Assembly (NCBI RefSeq): GCF_001194135.2
Contig: NC_068983.1
Span: 60,576,386 to 60,640,385 of the forward strand
DNA length: 64,000 bases
From: Octopus bimaculoides
Taxonomy: Eukaryota
Direction: 5' to 3'
A model generated the notes under the pieces. That model saw only the letters and a list, made by a program, of their open reading frames with translations. It did no database searches and had not been told where the DNA came from. Positions 1-13,089 of this stretch are shown piece after piece. Both the position numbers and the translations under genes were made by a program. The first letter of the stretch is position 1. Each line of letters starts with the position of its first letter.

Positions 1-2
1 TA

Positions 3-142
3 GCTGGTCTTCTCTTGGAAGAGCCCTGCTTCTCACATGGACAACTGTATGTTGGCTGCTCAAGAGTGGGCAGCAAAAAAACCTATTTGTATATGCTCCA
101 CAAGGGAAAACAAGGAACATTGTTTACAACGAGGTGTTATAA
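3..142 (+). mobile_element. Helitron RepHel helicase C-terminal remnant
   Basis: AGLLLEEPCFSHGQLYVGCSRVGSKK / NLFVYAPQGKTRNIVYNEVL* (PIF1-type motif VI), with a 1-nt frameshift in the A-run at 75-81. Confidence 0.85.
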
Positions 143-261
143 TCACAACAGCAAGAAAATATGTACATGATCACCTTCTTTTACGAAACTTCATTGACTT
201 TCATATATTTATATTGATATACATATATATACGTGTGTTTGGGTGCATGTGTGTATATACA

Positions 262-352
262 TCTCTATATATAAAGATGATGCGTAGTCTAGACGGCGTT
301 TTTAGATTTCATTATTCTCTTTAACCCGGGCAACGCCGGGTATTTCTGCTAG
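262..352 (+). mobile_element. 91-bp non-autonomous Helitron
   Basis: A|TCTCTATATATAAAG 5' end, hairpin ACCCGG-GCAACG-CCGGGT at 324-341, CTAG|T 3' end. Confidence 0.75.
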
Positions 353-2203
353 TTTGTAATAATTATATGTATGTATATATTCATATATATGTACTAATTA
401 TGGTGAATCTCACTGATGAGGACTGAGTATTAATTACAGAGCCTGAAATTGATTGATATGGAATTATCTATTTATCTGTTAAAGGTAGGCTAAATTATTT
501 TGCTCATTTCCTTGCATCCACCTTGTGCAATAGAGTGAAATAGGTGGTTTAGAGTCTTTTTGACTTCTATTTCTAGCGTGTTGGTACTTTTTCCAAGTAC
601 CCTTCGTTATGATTATATATTTTATATATAATTATAAATCTATCTATCTATCTATCTATCTATCTATATATATATTAACATAGGGTAAAAATCATATATT
701 AATTAATATCGATTAATTACCAGGAAGCTAGCACATTTAAAGAATCAAAGAGATTCAGAAACAATATTTGCAATCTCAGGGGATTAAAGTATATTTTTAT
801 ATATAACGTTGACCACTAACGTGGACATTCAATGTGCTAGAAATAGATCACATCTTGTGTCTACTAAGACCTAAATTGTTCTCAAAACGGAATTTAGCGG
901 GATACTATTTCTAGCACATTGAATGTCCACGTTAGTGGTCAACGTTATATATAAAAATATCTATCNNNNNNNNNNNNNNNNNNNNNNNNNNNNNNNNNNN
1001 NNNNNNNNNNNNNNNNNNNNNNNNNNNNNNNNNNNNNNNNNNNNNNNNNNNNNNNNNNNNNNNNNNNNNNNNNNNNNNNNNNNNNNNNNNNNNNNNNNNN
1101 NNNNNNNNNNNNNNNNNNNNNNNNNNNNNNNNNNNNNNNNNNNNNNNNNNNNGGAATTAGCTCGCCAAAACGAAGACTTTTGAATTTTACCATTAAGCTG
1201 TAATTAACAGAACCACATACACGTGCACCTATGACGGTGGGCAATTTTGTATAGGGTTCTGAGGATTATGGTTACATTACGAATAGGCTGAAGAGAAACA
1301 GACAGTCGGTAAGATTGTTAATTTTGAAACCGGTACCTATTTAATAATGATTTTTTAGGTAATTCAAATGTCTTGCCCGCTTACGCTTTGGTATCCCGCT
1401 AAATTCCATTTTGAGAACAATTTAGGTCTTAGTAGACACAAGATGTGATCTATTTCTAGCACATTGAATGTCCACGTTAGTGGTCAACGTTATATATAAA
1501 AATATCTATCTATATATATATATATATATATAAACACACACACACATATAGTATTTCTTATACTTATAAATTACGAATGCAAACAGGTATCTTCTGCCGA
1601 AAAACACACAGAGAAACTTATGGCAGCATACAGAAAATTCAGTTCAGACAATATTTAAAAACATGGAAGAAGCAAACACACACACACACACACACTTTTT
1701 TACAAATGCATTAGTAAAGTGAGTTGCAAGGTAGAAAATACAAATCAGACTGCTGGTAAAGATTTGTAAGAATGGTTAATTTAATCATCAGAAAACTGGA
1801 AGAAGTTGGATCTGATACTTGGAAAAGTTACTAGCCATTTATATATACATATATAAATTCAACCATTTATATATATTTCCCCTTTTCATTCCCCATCCTC
1901 CAAATGTGTAGGGAATGGAAGGTGGTGTGTTCATGATAAAAATATTCCAATGCATTATCATTTTAACATTTGCTTTTCTATGCTTGCATGGGTTGGTCAG
2001 AATTTATTGGCATGGATTTCCTACAGCTGGATGCCCTTCCTTTCATCAATCCTCACCTGTTTCCAAGTAAGGTAGTATTTCCTCATGGCCAGACATGTTT
2101 TTGCACAGGATTGGAAATGAATGGTACTGCTTGTATGATAGTGACACTCATTTACAACAGTATCGCTACAAGGAGGCACACACACTCACATGTATGTACA
2201 AAT

Positions 2204-2248
<45 letters not shown>

Positions 2249-2441
2249 TATCAGGGGCTTTTTTTTCAGCTTTCATCAACCAAATCTACCCACAAGGCTT
2301 TGGTTGGATCAAACCTGTAGTAGAAGACACTTGAGCAAGGTGCCAAACAATGGGGCTGAACCCAAAACCATATGGTTAGCACGCAAATGTCTTAACCACC
2401 CAGCCACAAGTACACCTGATATAAAATATATATAGAAACAA

Positions 2442-5400
2442 CTAATTACAAAAAGAAGAAAAGAAACCCAATGACCAAATCTTTATGAAGAACGGCAAAT
2501 ATTTGAGTAACAGAATCTGTTCCAAGTGTTTCTCTCTTGCAACTGTTGTTGTTGTTGTTGTTAGTTGTTGTCCTAAAAATAAAATTTCCTACTAATTCAT
2601 CATCTGAGGTGTTTCACCTCAACAGGAGATTGAAAAACAAGTCAGAAAAATTAATTACTTTTACCTTCTTGTAACTTCATTCTAAAGTTGTTGCTTTAGA
2701 ATGTACAGGCATTCACCTGGGATGGGCTGAGCTGGCTCCAACCAATGAGTGGTTCATGTCTGGAGTTTCAGTGGGAGCACAGGGTCACATGTAGTCCCCA
2801 GTCACATGCAGATACACTTTGGGATAGTGTGATCTGTAGCAGCTCATCTTGTTATGATTGTCGACTGTTGCAGAGGAACCATTGACCAAATCACTACCAA
2901 TGATCGAAGCAGACATAGGCTGAGTTTGAAACGGGTTCCAGAGACATGCTTTAACAAAAGCTAAGGGGTGCCTCACTCCCAGTGGTCTTCCAGCATACCA
3001 GACACCAACCCAGAATTTCTGAAGGCCCCTGCTATTGTTAGATAGTCACTGAACCCACAGTAGTTTGAGTGGTCATATAGAGGCTTTTTCATTCAATCTC
3101 AAGTACTTGCACCAGAAAAAAGGTACCAATAAAATTAATTACTAGAATTTTTTTTTTTTAAATAAGATAAATATAATAAATAATATCTAAATTCTAAAAT
3201 GTCTCTCACCGAAAAATAATGGTACAATGTCATACCATCATCATCATTTAACGTCTGCTGTCCATACTGGCACGGGTTGGATGGTTTGACCAAGGCTGGT
3301 AAGCTGGAAGGTTGCACCAGACTCCAGTCTGATTTGGAATGGTTTTCTATGGCTGGATGCCCTTCCTAACACTAACCACTCTGAGAGTGTAATGGGTGCT
3401 TTTACGTGCCACCAGCACAGGTGCCATTTGTGTGACACCAGTAACTGTTACGACTACGATTTTGCTTGGCTTGATGGGTCTTCTTCTCAAGCACAATGGT
3501 CAAAATTATTAATGTTGTTCTCTTAAATATTTCTTTCAATGCTGTCTAAATTTGAACTTGGAAGCAATGACCAAGACCTTTGGCATTATGTCATGCTTGA
3601 GAAGAAGACCAATCAAACCGAGCAAGATCGCAGTCATGGCAGATACCGGTGTCATGCAAATGGCACCCATGCTGGTGGCACGTAAAGGCACCTGTTACAC
3701 TCTCAGAGTGGTTGGCACTAGACGGGCATCCAGCTGTAGAAAACCATGCCAAATCAGACTAGAGTCTGGTGCAACCTTCCAGCTTGCCAGCCCTGGTCAA
3801 ACTGTCCAACCCATGCCAAATCAGACTGGAGACTTCCAGCATGCCTACCCAGTCAAACTGTCCAACCCATGCCAAAACGGACAATGGACATTAAATTATG
3901 ATGATTATAATGATAATGATGATGATGATGATGAATGTAAAGACAGTTGAAATGCTGCTAGGCATTTTTCCTGGAGTGCTAACAGTTCTGCCAGCTCACC
4001 ACCTTATGGTATTATTTTACAATGACCATGCTAATACTGCATTATGCTTATAATGTGTTATGTTCATTATGACCAAACAAATATTAGTATTGGTTCTCAG
4101 ATGTTTTTATTAACCTGGAGCAAATTGCCTTTACCTATATTCAACAGCTAAATAAATAGGAAAAGCATTTAAGAGATATAGATTGGAATAAGTACTAGTT
4201 TCCACTGCATAGTATGTTAAATAGTAATACAAAGTTCATAATTATTGAGAACAAATTAAGTAGAAAGAATTAAAATGATGTATCACAAACCTACGACAGA
4301 GTTTTGAGTAGCACCTCAGGTCATTCTAGCACAGAGGTTCTCAAACTTTTTGGGCCACCACTCCTTCATGGCCACATAATACCCTCAGCGCCTCTACCCC
4401 CACTTTCATGTATAAATAAATATTTTATATTTTACTAATTTATATATACTATGAATCATTTGAAATTTAATATAATACTAGCAGGGATACCCAGCATTGC
4501 CAGTGTTACATGCAATGGAAGAATTAGACTTTTCTGTTATATTTTCTCTAATGAACTGGAATACCTATGATTCAAATTTCTTCAAAATTGCAGATGAGGG
4601 TTCTTTCCCTCTTTACACACCGTAAAAAAATTCTAATCATGACACATGTATCCCATACTAATGATCTTTATGCGCAGATTCCAAAACTCCAGTCTTATGG
4701 AACCTGTTAAAAGGATTTTGCTCCTGAAAAATAGAGGTCATGGAGCTCTAAAATGTGGGAATTAAGGCGCCTATTGGGGGTGGGTGTCTTAATGTCAACC
4801 AGAGAAGTTGAATTACTCTTACTCTTAACTCTTTTACCTGTTTCAGTCATTTGACTGCAGCCATGCTGGAGCACCGTCTTAGTCAAGCAAATTAACCCCA
4901 GGACTTATTCTTTGTAAGCCTAGTACTTATTCTATCGGGCTCTTTTGCTGAACTGCTAAGTGACGGGGACATAAACACACCAGCATCGGTTGTCAAACAA
5001 TGCTAGGGGGACAAACACATACACACATATATATATACATATATACGACGGGCTTCTTTCAGTTTCCGTCTACCAAATCCACTCACAAGGCTTTGGTCAG
5101 CCCGAGGCTATAGTAGAAGACACTTGCCCAAGATGCCATGCAGCAGGACTGAACCCGGAACCATGTGGTTGGTAAGCAAGCTACTTACCACATAGCCACT
5201 CCTGCGCCTAATTGTTGAGGATCTTTTTGACTTGGGTGTTGTATCTATTGTTCGAATTTCTTTGAAATAGGAAATATATATATGTTCACCGGGTTTGTAA
5301 AAGAGAGCAAAGCTACAGGAAACCAAAAGACGAATGATCACAATAAGCAGTCAGCTATCCTAGCCTAGTCGTTACTACTCCCCAATATAGAATTCCTCAC

Positions 5401-8400
5401 CGTACAGGTGACAGGCACAGCCGCAAGATGCATTACCGATCTATATCAACTGGAAGGGTGTGACCCAACTCAAATAAACATTAACAACTGTGTGACATGA
5501 AGGCTAAGGGGAAATGAAAGTGTCACCTCTGGAGTTTGCAACTGACCATTATACCGATAGGTAACTGGACAGAATAAATTTACAATCTATAAATGAATAG
5601 AATAACCAGTCACTCATCTGGGAAGGCCTTGAAAACAATGTTACCACCTGGGGACTATGTGTAACCCAGTGATAATAAAAAGACTCAAAGGAGGTCTGCA
5701 AGATTACACACCAGCTGCTACGATTAGCTGAACCATGTTTGCACAGGTGTTGACACAATTTTTCATAGCTGACCTTGTCTTTTATAGCAGTATGGCCAGC
5801 GATGGCTGTGAGCAAGGGAACCTGAGGGCAATGGTTCAAAACTCACTATACATCCATTGTTTCATTATTTAGGTTGTGACATATTCTATAAGTTTTGTTT
5901 ATGTTGATGACTACCAGAGAGAAACTTTACAGTAAACCAAGTTTATTATAATAACTAAGACCACTATGTAACCATTCTGATATATAGAAAAAAAATATTT
6001 TTTTTAAAAACACTAATATGCATTGTGTTTTGAAAATAAAGCATTCATGTTATAATTTTCCATTATTTCACAAATATTTTAAATAGTTTCTGAATATTAG
6101 GTTACCTCTTGAGAAGTTAGACTAACCCATTTCCCCTCAACCTACTGACATTCTAACAGAACAAAATATCAAGTGAATTGACCTCACCAATCTATAAAAC
6201 CATATTTGTAACAAAATTTTTAAAGAAAAACATATCTTCTTTTAGAAATCTTATATTTCATGTCTTTCTAATAAACATTTTCCAGTTATTTTGTTTTTAT
6301 ATTTGGTTTGCAAGATTCTTGATATGACTTTGTGTGTTGAAATGAATTTTGAAGTAATAACAACACACATACACACACTGGTTCAATATCACTTCTTTAT
6401 TGTTAGTCAATTGGTTAAGTATCTAACCAAATAAATTAATCAATTGTCTGTTTTATGAGTTGGTTAAACAAGCAATTGGTTGTTTGTTAGTCAAAGTTCT
6501 TTTATTGATATTCATGACATCTTCAATAACTTGCCGTAACCAAATTATTTACAATAACAAAGTGATATTGAACCAGTGCATGTGTTATTATTATTGGCAG
6601 AACAATCCACCCAAGGCACAAGAAAATTTCTAGTTAGGTTAGGCAAAACACAACAAATATTCTTGGAATCACAATACCAAAAAGAAGACTTGAACCCATG
6701 GTCTTACTGGTCAATATCTCAGGACATTTAATTCTCAAGCCTCTTTTCATCATCATCATCATCATCGTTTAACATCCGCTTTCCATGCTAGCATGAGTTG
6801 GATGATTTGACTAAGGACTGGCAAACCAGATGGCTGCACCAGGCTCCAATCTGATCTAGCAGAGTTTCTACAGCTGGATGCCCTTCCTAATGCCAACCAC
6901 TCCGAGAGTGTAGTGGGTGCTTTTACGTGCCACCGGCATGAGGGCCAGTTAGGCAGTACTGGCAACGGCCACGCTCAAGTGATGTTTTTTACATGCCATC
7001 TGCACAGGAGCCAGTCCAGTGGCACTGGCAATGGCCTTGCTCGAATTTTTTTTCACGTGCCACCGGCGCAAGTGCCAGTAAGGCGATGCTGGTAACGATC
7101 ACGCTCAAATGGTGCTATTTACGTGCCACTGGCACGAAAGCCAGTCAGCTGCTCTGATGTTAAATCTATTTCTTGTATTCGATCCAACTTCTCTCTCATC
7201 ACCTTCTTTCAGTCTTACTTCCGCCCCCTCCCCCCATTGACGATCAGTTTTAAACATTTTGGTAAATCCTTTCTCCTTGAAACTCTATTTTCCAGTACTC
7301 CCTCCTACTCCTTGCCATCTATAAATATATCATTTCTCCCTCCAGCTCCTCCCCATCATTTATAGAACTCATAACCTGCCAGTATTCCCACCAGCTCCAA
7401 GCCTAAATTATACATTCAACAACTTCTAGCTCTTCATTTCAATTTCCTAGTCTAAAAGGAAAATTTAGAACATCTCTAAAAGCACTGATTTCCTCCATGT
7501 AAGAAACACCAACAGACTTTATTTATAACTTTTATCCATTAATTTACCTCATTCATGGATATTATGCCAGCCTTCCCCAACTCCAACATATAACTACTGC
7601 ATCACCAACTTAATGCACGACTAGGTAAGCTAGCTACTTGACTGAGATGACACAACTCAGAATTATGTCTGTAGATTAAAGATGGCACATCTTACTTTTT
7701 ACCCCAAAACTTACTTCCTTGTGACTATCAATTATACTCTGCAATCATTACGGCCATTTATTATCAAGCGCCTGTTGTCATTTAGTAATTATGTTTTGGC
7801 AGACTGTTGTGGAATTAATCAATTCATTTCAAGTGGAACATCAGCACTGACATCTGTAGTGTGTGCGGCATTAAGTCTTATCACAGTTATTAATCAATCA
7901 ATAAGAAGTCAGGCAATTTGATGCTTTCAAAGTTCAACAACTAAAAGTTTACTATGACCAAAGTCAACCAACATGAAATATAAACTCTGGCAGTTCACTG
8001 TATGCTTTTTATCCTATGTTGCAACATAAAACGAATCTATGATTAAATAAATTGACTTCTATTTTAAAATTCAACAGGTTGCGGACAAAAGAAATGTGTA
8101 AGAGTCACATGCTTCTGTTTATTGCTATTTGCATATGAAGATCAATATTTAGAATTTTGGTTTAAACGATACAACTGTGTGTGCTCTCATTTCTTTTTTA
8201 TTTTTTAAATATTTTACTAATGGAATAAGAACCAGTTTTAAACCTAGAAGCAAGACTTTTCCATTAGAATATAGACACCATCAAACAGGTAGTCTAGTGT
8301 GGATGCATACCAAATATGTAAGCATGTGTGCATGTAAATATGTGTGTGTTTGTGTGTGTGTGAGTGTATACACACGGTGGTGCTCCAGCATGACCACAGC

Positions 8401-11400
8401 CACTTGGCTGAAATGAATAAATAAATGAAGAAATAAATAAATAAATATATATATAGAGAGGTGTGGCTGTGTGGTAAGAAGCTTGCTTCACAACCGCATG
8501 GTTCTGGGTTCTGTTCCCACTGTATGGCAACTTGGGCAAATATCTTCTACTATAGTCTCAGGCTGACTAAAGCCTTGTGAGTGGATTTCGTCGATTAAAA
8601 CTGAAAGAAGCCCATTATTTATATATATATGTATGTATATTTCTATGTGTGTGTGTCTTTGTGTCTATGTTTGTCCCATCACCGCTTGACAACCGATGTT
8701 GCTGAACTTAGCAGTTCAGCAAAAGAGACTGGTAAAGTATTAGGCTTAAAAATAAGTCCTGGGATCGATTTGTTTGACTAAAACACCTCAGGATGGTGCT
8801 CCAGCATGGCCAGTCAAATGACTAAAACAAGTTAAAAAATATGTGTGTGTGAATATATATATAAGATATGAAGATATGAATTCAGAGAATTGTGTGAATA
8901 TCACACAAAGCTCTTCTAACAGACTCAGTTAACAGATCACAAAGTAAGCCAATACAGAGGAGTATAATGCAGAGTTTTCCATGCAGTTGAAATCCAAAAT
9001 GTCTAATTGATGGAATTATTTCATGAAGAGAATATAAACGATAAAAATTCAGAAGGTACAAGAAGTAAATATATTTAAACATCCTTAGAATTATGGCCAT
9101 TTCGCAGCTCTTCCTCGTGTAATAATACCAGTGTGGAATAAATTTTATTTACACGTTTGCATTAATATGCAAAATAGTTTAACAATCTTTTTATACAATT
9201 CCTAATAATGTTTAATTATAAAAATATAATAAGATTTTATTTAAGTATCAAATGGCTATGAGGGCCCACCTGAGTAGAACAGGAATCAAAGAGGTCCATG
9301 GGTAAAAAAAAAATGGTTGGAAACGACTGCTTTAACCTCCCAACACCTTATCTAAAACCACCGCCCTCTGTTCTGTTCTTCCTCTCACTTACATCTGAGC
9401 ATAGAAGTGCACAAGGGAAAAAATAGCACTTAAATATAAACACACATATATATATATAGACCAACATCGCCTTCCTAGCGCTTGTGCCGGTGGCACATGA
9501 AATGACATTCGAGCGAGATCATTGCCAGTGTCGCTGGACTGGCTCCTGTGCAGGTGGCACGTAAAATACACCATTTCAAGCGTGGCTGTTGCCAGTACCC
9601 CCTGACTGGCCCTCATGCCGGTGGCACGTAAAAGCACCCACTACACTCTCGGAGTGGTTGGCGTTAGGAAGGGCATCCAACTGTAGAAACTCTGCCAAAT
9701 CAGATTGGAGTCTGGTGTAGCCATCTGGTTTTACCAATCCTCAGTCAAATCGTCCAACCCATGCCAGCATGGAAAGTGGACGTTAAACGACGATGATGAT
9801 GATGATATAGATGTGTATTTACTGGCAATCCTTTGGTTACAAAAACAAGGGTTCCAGTTGATCCAATCAACGGAACAGCCCTGCTCCTGAAATTGATGTG
9901 AAAGTGGCTGAGCACTCCACAGACACACATACTCTTAACATAGTTCTCAGGAAAATTCAGCATGACACAGAATGTGACAATGCCGGCCCTTTTGAATCAC
10001 TGGTATAATTAATTTTTGCCAGCTGAATGGACTGGCGCAACGTGAAATAAAGTGTCTTGCTCAAGGACACAACATGCTGCTGGGAAATGAACCCACAGCA
10101 TTACAATTGTGAGCTAAATACCCTAACCACTAAGCCACACACACACATACTCTTTTACTTGTTTCAGTAATTTGACTGTGGCCATGCTGGAGCACCACTT
10201 TTAGTCGAACAAACTGACCCCAGGACTTATTCTTTGTAAGCCTAATACTTATTCTAACAGTCTCTTTTGGCAAACCGCTAAGTTATGGGGATGTAAACAC
10301 ACCAACATCAGTTGTCAAGTGATGGTAGGGGGACAAACACACACCCAAATACATATATCTATATCTATATATATGATGGGCTTCTTACAGTTTCCATCTA
10401 CCAAATCTACTCACAAGGCTTTGGCCAGGCCAAGGCTATAGTAAAAGGCAGCTGCCCAAGGTGTCATGCAGTGGGACTGAACCCAGAACTATGTGGTTGA
10501 AAAGCAAGCTTCTTACCACACAACCACTCCTGTGCCTATATATCTATGTATATGTGTGTATGTATATGTGTGTATGTGCATGTGTATAAACACACACACC
10601 ACAATGGGCTTCTTTCAGTTTCTGTCTGCCACATCCATTCACAAGGTTTTGGTTGGCCCAAGTCTAAACTAGAAGGCACTTACCCAAGGTGCCACACAGT
10701 GGAACTGAACTCAAAACCATGCGGTTAGGAAGCAAGCTTCTTACCACACAGCCACTCCCGCAGTGTCGGTCTTGTGACAGTGGCTATGCATCATACAACA
10801 CAATTACATATTCACAAACCAATGCAAATAAAGAACACTACGTCATCAGATCAGCAGACCATCATGGCTACACCAATGATTCAAATTGTTTCAAACAGAC
10901 AAATGAGTTATCTATGGTGACATAGTACAGCCAGGTATGCAGTATGCACAACATCCAAAAGATTACGTAACATGTCACACAACTCTCAGCTCATCAAGCT
11001 AACCAAATAAACGAGCTAATGAAGTCGGTTCATCCTCATACACAGACAACAGAATATCCAGATCTTTTGTAATACATTTACATCCACGCCATGTAGATTT
11101 CTCAATTTCTTTAGCAAGATACTGAAAACTCATGGGCCTTTGAACCCTGAGCTGTTGCCAGATGTGGTCCTGATTTTCAATGCAAGGCAGCACAAAACTT
11201 TCTGTCGCTGCCTATTTAGCATCACTGATATGATGATGACATATTTGACATCAGATAATTTTAGCATTTCTCTCATTCTCCTCCTCCCCAGCTCTCTCTC
11301 TCTCTCCCTTTCTCTGTTTATATGTGTATAGTTATCTTTATTTTTTTCCTTGTTTGAGTCATTAGACTGTGGCCATACTGGGGCACCGCCTTGAAGATTT

Positions 11401-13055
11401 TTTAGTTGAATGAATCAACCCCATTACTTATGTTTTTCTTTTAAGCCTGGTTTTTATTCTATCGAACTATTTTGCCAAACTGTTAAGTTACAGGGATGTA
11501 AACACTGGCATCAAATGGCAGTGGGAGACAAACACAGACACTAAAACACATGCGTGAGTTGTCTAAGAGACCATAAGTCAGGGAAAACAACCACTCGTAT
11601 ATCTGTCAGTAGAGCGGGCATAGTATCCGAAACGTATAGTATTCAATATCCATCACAATCGGTTTCACATAAAGAATACAATGGAGTGTTAGGTACCAAA
11701 CTGATTATATAACTTTACACTCATCAGAGTTAGCTGATATGGAAGGTAATATAGTGACTGCTCTCTATTGTCAGAATAGAGAGCAGTCACCATATTCCCT
11801 TCCATATTGGCTAACACTGATGAGTGTAAAGTTATATAATCGGTTTGTTACCCAACACTCCATTGTATTCTTTACACAAAACCAATTGGCAAGATTAGCT
11901 GTGATGGATATTTAATACTATACATTTCAGATAATATGTATACACACACACACACACACACACAATGGGTTTCTTATAATTTCTGTCTACCAAATCCATT
12001 CACAAAGGTTTGGTTGGCTCAAGACTATAGTTGAAAACACCCAAGGTGTCACTCAGTGGGACTGAACATGAAACCATGTGATTTGGAAGCAAGCTTCTTA
12101 CCACACAGCCACACTTGTTATGCTTGTATGTATGTGTAATGTTTCTCTCTCTCTCTCTCTCATTCTATTTGTATGTGGATATTTCTGAACATGTGTTTGC
12201 CTCCAAGTGCCAAAGTGTACTGTCGCCAAAACAGATTGAATGTCCAGCCACCCATAGCAAATAGCCAATGTCCAATCAGCTGCACCAAATCATCTCAGTC
12301 AGTCGATGAAGAGGGGGGATACTTCGAGAACTCTGCAGTGATGACCAGTTCAGGGATTTGTATATCTCTCAATACCAAAGTTTGACACAAATCATTCAAG
12401 GATCTTCCATGTATACAGATCACTGCGTTTCTTTCCTGTCTTCTCTCCAAGAAGTACAGTTTTAATGCTTTCAACCCTTTAGCATTTAAACCAGCTATAT
12501 CCAGCCCAAACATGCTACTTATTTTATGTTCAAACCACTGTCCTTTATTGCCTGAAATACTTTTGTATCATCAACATTCCTTTCAAGTGTTGGACCTCAC
12601 AGAGGCATTGACCGAGACCTTTAGCATTATGTCATGCCTGTGAAGAAAACCCATCAAGCCAAGCAATATCGCAGTCGTGGAAGATACCAGTGTCACACAA
12701 ATGGCACCCATGCCAGTGGCACATAAAAACACCCATTACACTCTCGGAGTGGTTGGCATTAGGGAAGGCATCCAGCCGTAGAAAACCATGCCAAATCAGA
12801 CAGGAGTCTAGTGCAGCCTTCGAGCTTACCAGCCTTGGTCAAACCGTCTAATCCATGCCAGCTTGGACAATGGACGTTAAATAATGATAATGATGAATAC
12901 AACTAGTGATCAACATAACTAATGAGAGTGATTGTTTGTATGACTGAGGGCATGTCTACTGGAGCCACCATAAATAGCAATGGCCCCAACACAGTTCCTA
13001 TGGGACTCCACACACAGACATATATTCATATATGTATATACACACATATACACAA

Positions 13056-13089
<34 letters not shown>

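Noticed and set aside
11004-11211. Protein-like minus-strand frame (AATESFVLPCIENQDHIWQQ...LARLFG) bounded by AG and GTTAGC
   Set aside because: Weak polypyrimidine tract, phase 0 start does not join the phase-1 donor at 16236, and no recognisable motif. Left unresolved.
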